Below, in pieces: positions 1-10,200 of a stretch of DNA of 64,000 nt. Both the position numbers and the translations under genes were made by a program. The first letter of the stretch is position 1. Each line of letters begins with the position of its first letter. This DNA comes from an uncultured virus (IMG/VR IMGVR_UViG_3300027278_000006) (taxonomy: Duplodnaviria > Heunggongvirae > Uroviricota > Caudoviricetes): IMG/VR virus record IMGVR_UViG_3300027278_000006, positions 1 through 64,000 of that record, one strand, 5' to 3'. The notes under the pieces are model-generated. The model searched no databases. It was not told the DNA's origin and saw only the letters and a list, made by a program, of their open reading frames with translations.

Positions 1-331
1 AAGTTACGATACCTATGGTGGCAGTTACAATACCAGAAGAAATTAGTACTGTTCCTAATGTACTAATTCCAGATACATAAAGTCCCGTAATGGAACCAAT
101 ACCGCCTATGACCGATGTAGAAACTCCAGAATTATTGGCATAATCAAGTGTTCCGGTAATAGATGATGCATTAATATTAATTAATTTAGAACCATCACCA
201 TAATAAGTTACGATACCTATGGTGGCAGTTACAATACCAGAAGAAATTAGTACTGTTCCTAATGTACTAATTCCAGATACATAAAGTCCCGTAATGGAAC
301 CAATACCGCCTATGACCGATGTAGAAACTCC
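1..331. repeat. 127-bp identical direct repeat (1-127 = 205-331), period 204 bp, in frame
   Basis: Direct comparison; encodes GVSTSVIGGIGSITGLYVSGISTLGTVLISSGIVTATIGIVT twice. Confidence 0.9.
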
Positions 332-1684
332 GGCATTGGTTGCAAAGGTTGATATACCGGCATTAGTAGCAAAGGTTGCTATACCAGCTCTATCAGCATA
401 AGTTGCTATACCAGCATTAGTAGCAAAGGTTGCTATACCAGCTCTATCAGCATAAGTTGCTATACCGGCATTGGTTGCAAAGGTAGCACTCGAAGCGTTA
501 CCAACAAAACTTGATGCCGTAATAATTCCAGTAGTATTAACGCTTACATCAGGTCCTATACCAGCATCAATAATATAAATCTTACCACCCATAGATCCGT
601 GAGCAGTGCATTGATAATACAGAATACCCGGTGCATCAAATTGAACATTCCAAGTTAGTGTTCCGTTAGAGATATTATTGCTTGGAATACCATCATCGTA
701 TTGAGTTCCAACAGAACCATTTGGAGTGCTTTGAATCCTAAATGGATGAGCACCCATTGTATTCGTAAACTTATATTGTTGTCCCCTTACCAAATATAAT
801 ACTGGATCAGATTCTGCACCAGTAAATCCAGGTCCAGTGAAGGTGTAATCTGAACTTCCAACAGCACCTAAAATCCATTCTGATGTAAAGGTTGATATAC
901 CGGCAATAGTTGCAAAGGTTGATATACCGGCAATAGTTGCAAAGGTTGATATACCAGCATTGGTTGCAAAGGTTGATATACCAGCATTGGTTGCAAAGGT
1001 TGATATACCAGCATTGGTTGCAAAGGTTGCTATACCGGCATTAGTAGCAAAGGTTGATATACCAGCATTGGTTGCAAAGGTTGCTATACCGGCATTAGTA
1101 GCAAAGGTTGCTATACCAGCATTGGTTGCAAAGGTTGCTATACCAGCTCTATCAGCAAAGGTTGATATACCAGCATTGGTTGCAAAGGTTGCTATACCGG
1201 CAATAGTAGCAAAGGTTGATATACCAGCATTGGTTGCAAAGGTTGATATACCGGCACTAGTTGCAAAGGTTGCTATACCAGCTCTATCAGCATAGGTTGC
1301 TATACCAGCTCTATCAGCATAAGTTGCTATACCGGCACTAGTAGCAAAGGTTGCTATACCGGCATTGGTTGCAAAGGTTGCTATACCAGATCTATCGACA
1401 TAAGTTAATATACCAACATCAGAAGCATTAGACCATATAATACCGCTACCAGTTGTTTGAAGTACCTGACCCGAATTTCCTGCTACATTAGTACTATCAT
1501 AAAGGGCACCAGTAAGTCTTGCACTACCCTGAATGTGTAGAGATTGTGTTGGATTTGTAGTTCCTATTCCAACATAACTGGAAATATAAGCACCACCAGT
1601 AACTTCCAATACTGTTAAATTTTCAGTATAAGAAGTAATACCAATCTTAAGATTTCTTTGGCGGTCGCTAATATATTTTGCCAT
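1..1684 (-). CDS. Repeat-rich virion structural/tail-fibre-like protein (3' end runs off the window; missing from ORF track)
   Basis: ATG at 1684 gives MAKYISDRQRNLKIGITSYTENLTVLEVTG..VGIGTTNP.., open to position 1; many GI(A/S)TFATNA decapeptide repeats; cupredoxin-like motif HPF..LYYQCTAHGSMGGKI. Confidence 0.8.
   Translation of the reverse strand, partial: MAKYISDRQRNLKIGITSYTENLTVLEVTGGAYISSYVGIGTTNPTQSLHIQGSARLTGALYDSTNVAGNSGQVLQTTGSGIIWSNASDVGILTYVDRSGIATFATNAGIATFATSAGIATYADRAGIATYADRAGIATFATSAGISTFATNAGISTFATIAGIATFATNAGISTFADRAGIATFATNAGIATFATNAGIATFATNAGISTFATNAGIATFATNAGISTFATNAGISTFATNAGISTFATIAGISTFATIAGISTFTSEWILGAVGSSDYTFTGPGFTGAESDPVLYLVRGQQYKFTNTMGAHPFRIQSTPNGSVGTQYDDGIPSNNISNGTLTWNVQFDAPGILYYQCTAHGSMGGKIYIIDAGIGPDVSVNTTGIITASSFVGNASSATFATNAGIATYADRAGIATFATNAGIATYADRAGIATFATNAGISTFATNAGVSTSVIGGIGSITGLYVSGISTLGTVLISSGIVTATIGIVTYYGDGSKLININASSITGTLDYANNSGVSTSVIGGIGSITGLYVSGISTLGTVLISSGIVTATIGIVT
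331..485. repeat. Shorter block of 30-bp coding tandem repeats
   Basis: About 5 units of the same decapeptide repeat as 886-1412. Confidence 0.85.
886..1412. repeat. 30-bp coding tandem repeat array (about 17 units)
   Basis: Unit GCAAAGGTTG(A/C)TATACC(A/G)GCATTGGTT with variants; encodes AGI(A/S)TFATN / AGIATYADR on the minus strand. Confidence 0.95.
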
Positions 1685-1685
1685 T

Positions 1686-2027
1686 TTAGTTGAGTGTCTC
1701 TAGAATGCTTCCAATAAATTTAATATTAGAACTGTTACTTGCAGATAAAACAAGAACATCACCAGATTCTAAAGTCAGTTTTCCTTGAATTAAAGAAACA
1801 GAATCATTTCCTTGAACAGGAAATTGTTTTACGATTTCAGTGGTAACTGCAATACCGACAGTCGTTCTTCGATGAGAAAATGAAATTGTATGAGTATTAG
1901 AATCAACATTTGCAATTTGTGCCAAAAGCACAACACCAGTATATCCAACAGGTGCCGTATAAATACCGACTGGATTTGTTGTTGCTACTTTTGTAACTGT
2001 CTTGAATACATTTAATGGTAATGCCAT
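1686..2027 (-). CDS. Hypothetical virion-associated beta-rich protein
   Basis: 113 aa, tightly packed between two fibre-like genes. Confidence 0.65.
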   Translation of the reverse strand: MALPLNVFKTVTKVATTNPVGIYTAPVGYTGVVLLAQIANVDSNTHTISFSHRRTTVGIAVTTEIVKQFPVQGNDSVSLIQGKLTLESGDVLVLSASNSSNIKFIGSILETLN

Positions 2028-2033
2028 TTTTAA

Positions 2034-4928
2034 TTATCCTCCTAGTGCTAGAATGAATGGTGTTACGGTTGAAAATAAACTCTTAGAATAGAATGATCCA
2101 GAAATAGTTCCCGATTGTTGATTCACCACAACACCTTCACCAATCCTAAAGTTACCAGACTGATCAGTGCTGGTATAAACAACCAATCCACCATTTCTAA
2201 TATCAACTTCATTATCTTGAATTGCAACTCCACCGGTTGCCGGTAGTGCTTTTGCAATTTCATTTCCAGAACCAATATACTCAAATGAATGACCAGATGC
2301 AAGAACTCTACTTTGCTTATAAAATGGAACTTCTGTTCCGGGGCTTACTACATAAGGAATGTTTTCACTGATAGTAACTGTGCAGATTCCGGCAGAGATT
2401 GGAGACGAACTAAGAATTGGATAATAAGATTGTAATAAAATTGTCGTTGCCGTTGCTGTATTTATCCCAACATCAGGCGAACTAATTGTAACCTTAGGAA
2501 CTGACGTATATCCCCTACCACTTGAGATAAGATCAAAACTGGTTACTGAACCATTAGAAATATTTGATACTGCTTGTGCCGTGACTCCCCAACTTGTATC
2601 AGGGTCTGCAATCGTAACTGTTGGTTGAGAGGTATATCCGGTTCCTCCAGATCCAACTATAATCTTAGAGACTGTATAATATAAATCACCAAAATAAATT
2701 ATCTGGCCATCAAAAGGACGAATGACACTAATCTTTGCGGTTCCGCCAGAATTATAATAATGTGCTTGAGTAGCAATACCAATATTGCAAGTAAATACGG
2801 TGCTTGCCATCGAAACTGCCGTTAGATTCAATTTACTTGTGGCAACTCCAACAGAACTAGAAGTAACTGCACCAATAAGATTATCAATAAATGTCTGAAC
2901 ATTTGCACAAGATGCAGGATCAGTATTTGTAGGATCTCCGACAATAGTTAGGTCCTGAGCATTCAACTGGTTCGTAATTGCTTTTTTGGAATAATCTCTA
3001 ACTCCATTAAATGCTGAAATGGATTCTGCAACTTCCCCTACAAGTCCATTTATTAAAGGATCACCATTTATATTAAAGTATCCTTTAATAAAATTACGAG
3101 TATTTTTATTCGTATAGTCTCTTACATCTAGAGAAACTGCATCGACCAAGTATCCAATATCTCTATAGCACTTGTTTCCACCTGTTGTAAATGTTCCGTA
3201 ATTATCAGAACTAGAAATACTTATCAAACTTCCGGCACCAATAACTGTCGTAACAATACCGACTAGATTATCAATATTAGATTGAACATCAGAACATGCC
3301 AAAGGATCAGTATTTGCATAAGTAGTACCTCCACCATTATAAGTAGAAGTTCCTGTCGAAATTGTTAAATCAGAATAAGCAGCACCTACAAGAGAATTTG
3401 TAATTGCCTGTTTCATTAAATTTCTTGACTGATTAAAAGCATAAATGGATTCATTTACTTCACCAACCAATCCATTACTAATAGGATTTCCATTTGCATT
3501 AAAATATTGTCTTACAAATTCCCTAACATAATGATTGCCGCCAGTGAAAACATCTGTGGAAACTGCATCAACAAAATATCCAATATCCCTTTTGCACTTA
3601 TCCATTGTGGTTGAAATGCCCGGATAAACATTATAAGTATTCGTCCAGGCAGTTCCAACAATTACACTCCTATTATTTTGAATCAGGCGATAAGAATCAT
3701 AATACCTAGATCTAGAATTTGTTTGCGAATCACCAGGAAAATAAAAATCGGGATGATTGATTGCAATTGCTGCCAGAGACTTATCCTGAATCTCCTGCTT
3801 GTTTGCCTGTATCAAATTATAAGCATCATAATATCTTCCAGGTGCAACAGTCTTTGTATCAAATACATATCCATTTTGACCACTTGGATAGTATCTAATT
3901 CCTGGTTCATAAGGACAAGTAAATCCAAGTCCGGCAAGAGTGATTCCCATTCCAACTGAGAATTGATGAGGGGTACTTGTGTATGCGGTTAAAAGACCAG
4001 TTGTATTATCATAAAGTGCATTTGTAATATTGAGAGTCGGAACACTTAAATCTACCGTAAAAGTATCATCATTTATTGATGATGGAGAACCTGTAATGAT
4101 TCCGGTATATTTAAGAGGACCTACACCATCGGCAACTAATCCGTAAGTGCCGAATGATGAGTTAGAGTTTGTAAGATCACAAGCAGCACCTGTTCCACAG
4201 AACACTGCAATATCACTACAAATTGTAAAGAGAGAAACTAACTGTGCATATCCCTCATTCGTAATTGAGATTCCAATACCACCTTGATTGTATTGAGTAT
4301 AAGAGTCAAGAACCATACTCTTAGTTGGTCCAATTGCCTTAGAACCATCAATTCTCATTCCAATACTTCCGGGAATAAAATTGGTTCCGTTCTGAACATA
4401 AGGTGATTGGTCGAAATATCCTATTTGATCTGGATTAAAAGAAAATATTGCCCCACCAGGATCCATCGTTCCTGTATAAGACATCTCTGCAACATAAACC
4501 CCATTTTCTACATAGAACAAATCTTTATCTGGGTTTTGTGGTGATACCGATACTTCTCTTAAACTATCACCGACAACTGAGACTTGTTCTGGAATGGTTA
4601 GGGGATTATTTTCTATATAAGTTCCGGCACTAACTTTAATAACTGATCCTGTTGTTGCCTGTGTGAGTGCTGCTCCGATTGTTTTTTTGGCATCTCCAAG
4701 TTTGAGTCCTGTGTTTGTGTCGTTTCCGTCTTTTGTGACATAAATGATATTTGTAACTGTTGTTCCGGCACCAATGCGGATAATATCCGTACCTATTCCA
4801 GGACGCTCTCTCTTGGCAGTCAGTTCGCCATCATAAGTATTGTATGCTAATTCAGCACTTAAGAGTTGACCTGCTGTTGGCCTTTTGCCAGGCACAGCAG
4901 ATCTTTTAATCCTTATGGGAGTTGACAT
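2034..4928 (-). CDS. Large virion structural/fibre protein: beta-helix-like N-half plus two phycobiliprotein-like helical domains
   Basis: N-terminal IRIKRSAVPGKRPT fibre-type motif, YVTKDGND..G entry motif, GGTGYTSQPTVTI repeats, KCxRDIGY twice; TATAAATA at 4980-4987. Confidence 0.75.
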   Translation of the reverse strand: MSTPIRIKRSAVPGKRPTAGQLLSAELAYNTYDGELTAKRERPGIGTDIIRIGAGTTVTNIIYVTKDGNDTNTGLKLGDAKKTIGAALTQATTGSVIKVSAGTYIENNPLTIPEQVSVVGDSLREVSVSPQNPDKDLFYVENGVYVAEMSYTGTMDPGGAIFSFNPDQIGYFDQSPYVQNGTNFIPGSIGMRIDGSKAIGPTKSMVLDSYTQYNQGGIGISITNEGYAQLVSLFTICSDIAVFCGTGAACDLTNSNSSFGTYGLVADGVGPLKYTGIITGSPSSINDDTFTVDLSVPTLNITNALYDNTTGLLTAYTSTPHQFSVGMGITLAGLGFTCPYEPGIRYYPSGQNGYVFDTKTVAPGRYYDAYNLIQANKQEIQDKSLAAIAINHPDFYFPGDSQTNSRSRYYDSYRLIQNNRSVIVGTAWTNTYNVYPGISTTMDKCKRDIGYFVDAVSTDVFTGGNHYVREFVRQYFNANGNPISNGLVGEVNESIYAFNQSRNLMKQAITNSLVGAAYSDLTISTGTSTYNGGGTTYANTDPLACSDVQSNIDNLVGIVTTVIGAGSLISISSSDNYGTFTTGGNKCYRDIGYLVDAVSLDVRDYTNKNTRNFIKGYFNINGDPLINGLVGEVAESISAFNGVRDYSKKAITNQLNAQDLTIVGDPTNTDPASCANVQTFIDNLIGAVTSSSVGVATSKLNLTAVSMASTVFTCNIGIATQAHYYNSGGTAKISVIRPFDGQIIYFGDLYYTVSKIIVGSGGTGYTSQPTVTIADPDTSWGVTAQAVSNISNGSVTSFDLISSGRGYTSVPKVTISSPDVGINTATATTILLQSYYPILSSSPISAGICTVTISENIPYVVSPGTEVPFYKQSRVLASGHSFEYIGSGNEIAKALPATGGVAIQDNEVDIRNGGLVVYTSTDQSGNFRIGEGVVVNQQSGTISGSFYSKSLFSTVTPFILALGG

Positions 4929-4979
4929 TTATCGCAATCGGTATTTATCAAAATTAGACAGTATATACTGTCTTGGAGT

Positions 4980-4987
4980 TATTTATA
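4980..4987 (-). promoter_or_regulatory. T4-type late promoter TATAAATA
   Basis: Exact match about 50 nt upstream of the 964-aa gene. Confidence 0.75.
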
Positions 4988-4992
4988 AAACC

Positions 4993-5364
4993 TTATGAGG
5001 CATTATTTTTTCTTGGACGATAAGAATAAAGATTAGTTGGCAATGGAGGTTTCATCCAATTTTCTATTTTATCAAATCGTTCTTCACTATAAAAATCTTG
5101 CTGTACATACCATAGTTTCCAGTGCTCGTGCCCCTTAGATTGATTACAAGAATGACAAGAGCACACTACATTCGTAGTAGTATCTAATCCACCTTTTGAT
5201 TGAGGAACTATGTGATCTATTGTAAGATTATCTTCGGACTCACAATAGGCACACTTATGATTCCAACTCTCTTTGATATCTTTTCTCCATATTCGTTTAG
5301 CATCCCCAGAACTTGCTGTACAAAGATTAAACAGATACTCTTTAGGCGAATGGAGAGGTCCCAT
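4993..5364 (-). CDS. HNH endonuclease
   Basis: CAYC..TIDHIVPQSKGG..NVVCSCHSCNQSKG. Confidence 0.85.
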   Translation of the reverse strand: MGPLHSPKEYLFNLCTASSGDAKRIWRKDIKESWNHKCAYCESEDNLTIDHIVPQSKGGLDTTTNVVCSCHSCNQSKGHEHWKLWYVQQDFYSEERFDKIENWMKPPLPTNLYSYRPRKNNAS

Positions 5365-5367
5365 AAG

Positions 5368-5466
5368 TTACTGCGACTTATGATTATTTAGAGTTATTAA
5401 GATGGTTTCTTTTAAACAAATCCAAATATAACTAAACTGTTCTGATAATGTTGTCTTATGATTCAT
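5368..5466 (-). CDS. Possible small ORF (32 aa)
   Basis: MNHKTTLSEQFSYIWICLKET..; ATGA overlap with upstream ORF. Confidence 0.35.
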   Translation of the reverse strand: MNHKTTLSEQFSYIWICLKETILITLNNHKSQ

Positions 5467-5549
5467 TCTTCCTTATTTCTCCCATAATTGAATCCCCAAT
5501 AAATGATATACAAATCAAAGAAAACATTAAACCAATTGATATTTTGCAT
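5463..5549 (-). CDS. Possible small hydrophobic ORF (28 aa)
   Basis: MQNINWFNVFFDLYIIYWGFNYGRNKEE; TGATG coupling to 5549-5863. Confidence 0.4.
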   Translation of the reverse strand: MQNINWFNVFFDLYIIYWGFNYGRNKEE

Positions 5550-5863
5550 CATACCACTACAGGTTTTTGTTGACCTTCTGGAAGTTTGATTTGAGGCAGT
5601 TGATTGATTTTATCAACCATCCACTCATATTGATGGTCCTGATAAGGTTTGGTATTGATAGCAATTTCATTCGTAGGAAGTGCTTTGGGTATTTCAATAT
5701 CAATCACCTGACCCATCAGAAACTTATTACTTGTGATTTGGCGATTATGTGCATCAAGGTCAAACATCAACATTGCATCTGACCACTCGGCACAATCTAC
5801 AATCTTTCTTCCAGTTCTTCTATCAATTACAGAAAAATAATCTTCGGTATTATACTTTTTCAT
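5549..5863 (-). CDS. Hypothetical protein
   Basis: 104 aa ORF on the main coding strand. Confidence 0.65.
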   Translation of the reverse strand: MKKYNTEDYFSVIDRRTGRKIVDCAEWSDAMLMFDLDAHNRQITSNKFLMGQVIDIEIPKALPTNEIAINTKPYQDHQYEWMVDKINQLPQIKLPEGQQKPVVV

Positions 5864-5919
5864 TTTTTGAAGTCTTTTGATTATTATAGGTCATTTATGA
5901 GTTTTTGTAAAGGAAATAA

Positions 5920-6621
5920 TCAATACTTTTCCAAACAATATACACCATTTTTCTCCACAATCGCAGAGGTGCTATCACACCAATCTCCACAACACATATA
6001 CATCACCTTACCAAAGTTACGAATATTTCCAGAATGTATGTGCCCACAGATTACACCAGAATATTTCTTATCTCTTTGGGCACAATAAGAAGCAATATCG
6101 GTCTCATATTGATTGATATAATTCTTTCCACGCACACTATTCTTCAGAGCATAAACCAAAGAAAACCGAAAGAATCTTTCCAGAAATAAACTTAATGGTG
6201 TAATCAATTCATAACCTTTATTGAACATCAGTTGCTTCCAAGACCCAGAAGAATACTCCGAATACTTATCTCCGTGAATACAAAGAAACTTATTTCCCTT
6301 TGAGTCCTTATGAACATACGCATCAACCATCTTAAAGTTCTTGTGCTCAAAGTCACAATACCTTCGTAGCATACCTTCGTGATTACCAAGAATATAAACA
6401 ATCTCGGTTCCTTTCTTTGCGAGATTGAGTATTTGATGAACGCATTCAGTATGTTCTTTGGTCCAACGAGTATTATATCTTTCCATACAATGAATATCAA
6501 TAACATCACCAACTAAAACTAATTTCTTAGTCTTAAGTTCTTTTAGAAATTTTAGAAACTTTTCAGTATTACATCTTGGAGTTCCTAGGTGAATATCACT
6601 GATAAAAGTTGCGTCGTACAT
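5920..6621 (-). CDS. Calcineurin-like metallophosphoesterase (LpxH/UDP-2,3-diacylglucosamine hydrolase-like)
   Basis: ISDIHLG, LVGDVID, ILGNHE, IHGD, ICGHIH motifs. Confidence 0.85.
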   Translation of the reverse strand: MYDATFISDIHLGTPRCNTEKFLKFLKELKTKKLVLVGDVIDIHCMERYNTRWTKEHTECVHQILNLAKKGTEIVYILGNHEGMLRRYCDFEHKNFKMVDAYVHKDSKGNKFLCIHGDKYSEYSSGSWKQLMFNKGYELITPLSLFLERFFRFSLVYALKNSVRGKNYINQYETDIASYCAQRDKKYSGVICGHIHSGNIRNFGKVMYMCCGDWCDSTSAIVEKNGVYCLEKY

Positions 6622-6647
6622 AAAGAGTTATGGTTTTATCTTATGTA

Positions 6648-6713
6648 TCATAGCAGAGATATTATGAAAAGGAACATACCGAATGCTATGAAGGATGTGA
6701 GGATTGTGAGCAT
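6648..6713 (-). CDS. 21-aa hydrophobic microprotein, copy A
   Basis: MLTILTSFIAFGMFLFIISLL; same length and frame as the paralogue at 7713-7778. Confidence 0.6.
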   Translation of the reverse strand: MLTILTSFIAFGMFLFIISLL

Positions 6714-6725
6714 TTATCTTGTGTA

Positions 6726-7682
6726 TTATACAGAGACTACTGTGAGAATGATTGATGGAATAGCAGGAACAACTCCACTTGCGGTCCTTGCTTTGATTTG
6801 AATATGATCGTCAGTAGAACTCCACATAAGTTCATAATAATCATTTGCAGAAGCAGATACTACAAAGTTCCAAGCAGCAACAACTTCGGAATTGGTTCCT
6901 TGAACTGCTAATTCTGTTGCACTATTTGGAACATCTACTCCATTTTTTTTCAACCAAATATAAACATGTGCTAGAGAACCTTGTGATTTATCAATTTGTA
7001 AAGAAAATTGAATATTATATATTCCAGAGTTTGCAACGACAATATGAGAACTATTTGCGATAGATACTTGATTTGATATATCAGTTGTATTGATTGTAAC
7101 TGGTTGATATGTATTAACTCCTACTGCATTTTGTGTTGTGGTATCATAAAAACTTCCATAATATCCCGTAACAATACCAACAATATTTCCTGAATTGATA
7201 TTAACAAATTCTGCTGTATTTGATGAAGAATCCCATTGTAAAAATTTTGAATTATAATTACTTGAATTGGTTGCAACACCAACAACATCATCCAAGTATC
7301 TTATTTGAGTTTCACCACCTCCACCTAATGTAGAGAGTTGTTGCTGAATACGAGAAAGGAAAGTGCTGTAATGTTTCTGAAGATCATCAAAAGTGGCAAA
7401 CTTTTGATCTAATGGTGTAATTGGATCATTCTTATGTTTAGTATCTGATGGTTCAGATAATAAACCTAATGATTTTTCTATTAAAGTATCTTTTTTTACT
7501 TCTACTACTTCAACAATTTGAGGTTCTTGTATTTTCTTTTGAATAATTTTTTTCTTTTTGGGTTTCAGTTGCTCAATAAAAAGTGTCTCAAAAGAATCAC
7601 CAACTAAAGATTCTATCTCTAGTTTTTTCTTTTTATTTTCTTCTGCAACTATTTTAAATAATTCTGAAAGTTCTTCCATCAA
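6726..7682 (-). CDS. Hypothetical late protein; coiled N-terminus, C1q/BclA-like beta C-terminal domain
   Basis: RIQQQLSTLGGGGE; YGSFYDTTTQ..GIYNIQFSLQ..WNFVVS..DYYELMW; TATAAATA at 7700-7707. Confidence 0.65.
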   Translation of the reverse strand: MMEELSELFKIVAEENKKKKLEIESLVGDSFETLFIEQLKPKKKKIIQKKIQEPQIVEVVEVKKDTLIEKSLGLLSEPSDTKHKNDPITPLDQKFATFDDLQKHYSTFLSRIQQQLSTLGGGGETQIRYLDDVVGVATNSSNYNSKFLQWDSSSNTAEFVNINSGNIVGIVTGYYGSFYDTTTQNAVGVNTYQPVTINTTDISNQVSIANSSHIVVANSGIYNIQFSLQIDKSQGSLAHVYIWLKKNGVDVPNSATELAVQGTNSEVVAAWNFVVSASANDYYELMWSSTDDHIQIKARTASGVVPAIPSIILTVVSV

Positions 7683-7712
7683 AAATTATATTTCTTAGAT
7701 ATTTATATTCTA

Positions 7713-7778
7713 TTATATCAGAGACATTAGAAAGAGGAGCACTCCGAATGCTATGAAGGCTGTGAGGATTGTTAGCAT
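7713..7778 (-). CDS. 21-aa hydrophobic microprotein, copy B
   Basis: MLTILTAFIAFGVLLFLMSLI; starts 1 nt after the endonuclease stop. Confidence 0.6.
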   Translation of the reverse strand: MLTILTAFIAFGVLLFLMSLI

Positions 7779-7779
7779 C

Positions 7780-8301
7780 TTATTGGTGCTTTTGTAGGTA
7801 TTTAACTGCACTACTTAATGTATTTAAGTTGTCTCCAACCAATCCTAACATTCTGTTGCAGTTACTACAAAGTAATCCCCGGACTTTACCTGTCTTATGG
7901 TCGTGGTCTACATAAAGGTTGTTACTATCTTTTCTACCATTAGTATTTGGATTAAAGCAAATAGCACATACTTCATTCTGTTCTTGTAAGATGTTTTTGT
8001 ATTGCTCCAATCCAAAATCTTCACCATAAGTATATTTTAACATATAATTCTTCTTATCATCATAAGAAGGTTTTTTATCCTTATAATCTTTACTATAACA
8101 TTCCTTACATCTCTTATGACCTTTGTAGTATTCGGAAATTAGTTTTTCTACACCACATTTATTACAAGTAATGTGAGTTTTATTAGACCAGTTTTCGGCA
8201 TAGGTTTTTTCTTCACATCTAATGCACCTTCTACGACCTTCTCTAAAATCAGAAGTGGGAAGTTCTTTGGTGCAGGTTCTACAAATCTTCGTGGTTCTCA
8301 T
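7780..8301 (-). CDS. Free-standing EndoVII-family (F-CphI-like) homing endonuclease
   Basis: CAIC..LYVDHDHKTGKVRGLLCSNCNRMLG; two N-terminal CxxC..CxxC repeats; immediately downstream of psbA; TATAAATA at 8323-8330. Confidence 0.85.
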   Translation of the reverse strand: MRTTKICRTCTKELPTSDFREGRRRCIRCEEKTYAENWSNKTHITCNKCGVEKLISEYYKGHKRCKECYSKDYKDKKPSYDDKKNYMLKYTYGEDFGLEQYKNILQEQNEVCAICFNPNTNGRKDSNNLYVDHDHKTGKVRGLLCSNCNRMLGLVGDNLNTLSSAVKYLQKHQ

Positions 8302-8354
8302 TATGGTGTTTAATCTTTTAACTATTTATAAAATCTTAAAGTCCATTATAGCAT

Positions 8355-8382
8355 AAAAAAAGAGACCCGTAAAGGATCTCTC
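8355..8382 (-). terminator. Intrinsic terminator after psbA
   Basis: AGAGATCC-TTTAC-GGGTCTCT hairpin followed by a U-run. Confidence 0.75.
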
Positions 8383-8389
8383 AATTATA

Positions 8390-8461
8390 TCAACCAATAG
8401 AAGGAGCAGTTAGAGCAACCGAAGTTGTTTCTGCAGCCGCCAAATCTAAAGGAAAGTTGTG
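8390..8461 (-). CDS. psbA: PSII D1 exon 4 (codons 337-359 plus stop)
   Basis: HNFPLDLAAAETTSVALTAPSIG*. Confidence 0.95.
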   Translation of the reverse strand, partial: HNFPLDLAAAETTSVALTAPSIG

Positions 8462-8719
8462 CAATTGTGTTATCGTAGTGGTTCTTTATCCTCTACTTCT
8501 TACTATCGCTAGTAAGTTCAGACTATCTCTTCATCCTTATGTTTATTAAGGAGTCGGGCATTCGTGGGTGGATTATTGTTGGGACTCACCACCTAGTCGT
8601 TAGACCTTTCAGAAAACTTTAACCCTTTCTGACTTGGTACGGGATTGTCTCATAGAGAGTTTCCCCGTTTAACCCGATTTTACTAATGCCTATTACTAGG
8701 CAAGAACACCAACAAATCT
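8462..8719 (-). mobile_element. Group I intron 3 in psbA (258 nt, no ORF), after Ala336
   Basis: Exon ends in U, intron ends in G; P1 GAACGCU/GGUGUUC with U-G at the splice site; core CUAACGACUA..GAAGAGAUAGUCUG. Confidence 0.92.
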
Positions 8720-8837
8720 AGCGTTCCGTTCATGCATGACCTCAAGGCCGAGACCAGCACGATTTAAAATGTCCGCCCAAGTAGGAATTACTCGGTTTTG
8801 ACTATCAACGATGGACTGGTTAAAATTAAAACCATTA
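8720..8837 (-). CDS. psbA: PSII D1 exon 3 (codons 297-336)
   Basis: (L)[39 protein letters not shown]. Confidence 0.95.

Positions 8838-10200
<1,363 letters not shown>

Noticed and set aside
960..1295. Plus-strand ORF of VAKVDIPAL repeats
   Set aside because: Antisense shadow of the repeat tract in the minus-strand fibre gene
886..1412. Possible CRISPR array
   Set aside because: Units are contiguous without unique spacers, are in-frame coding, and no cas genes are present
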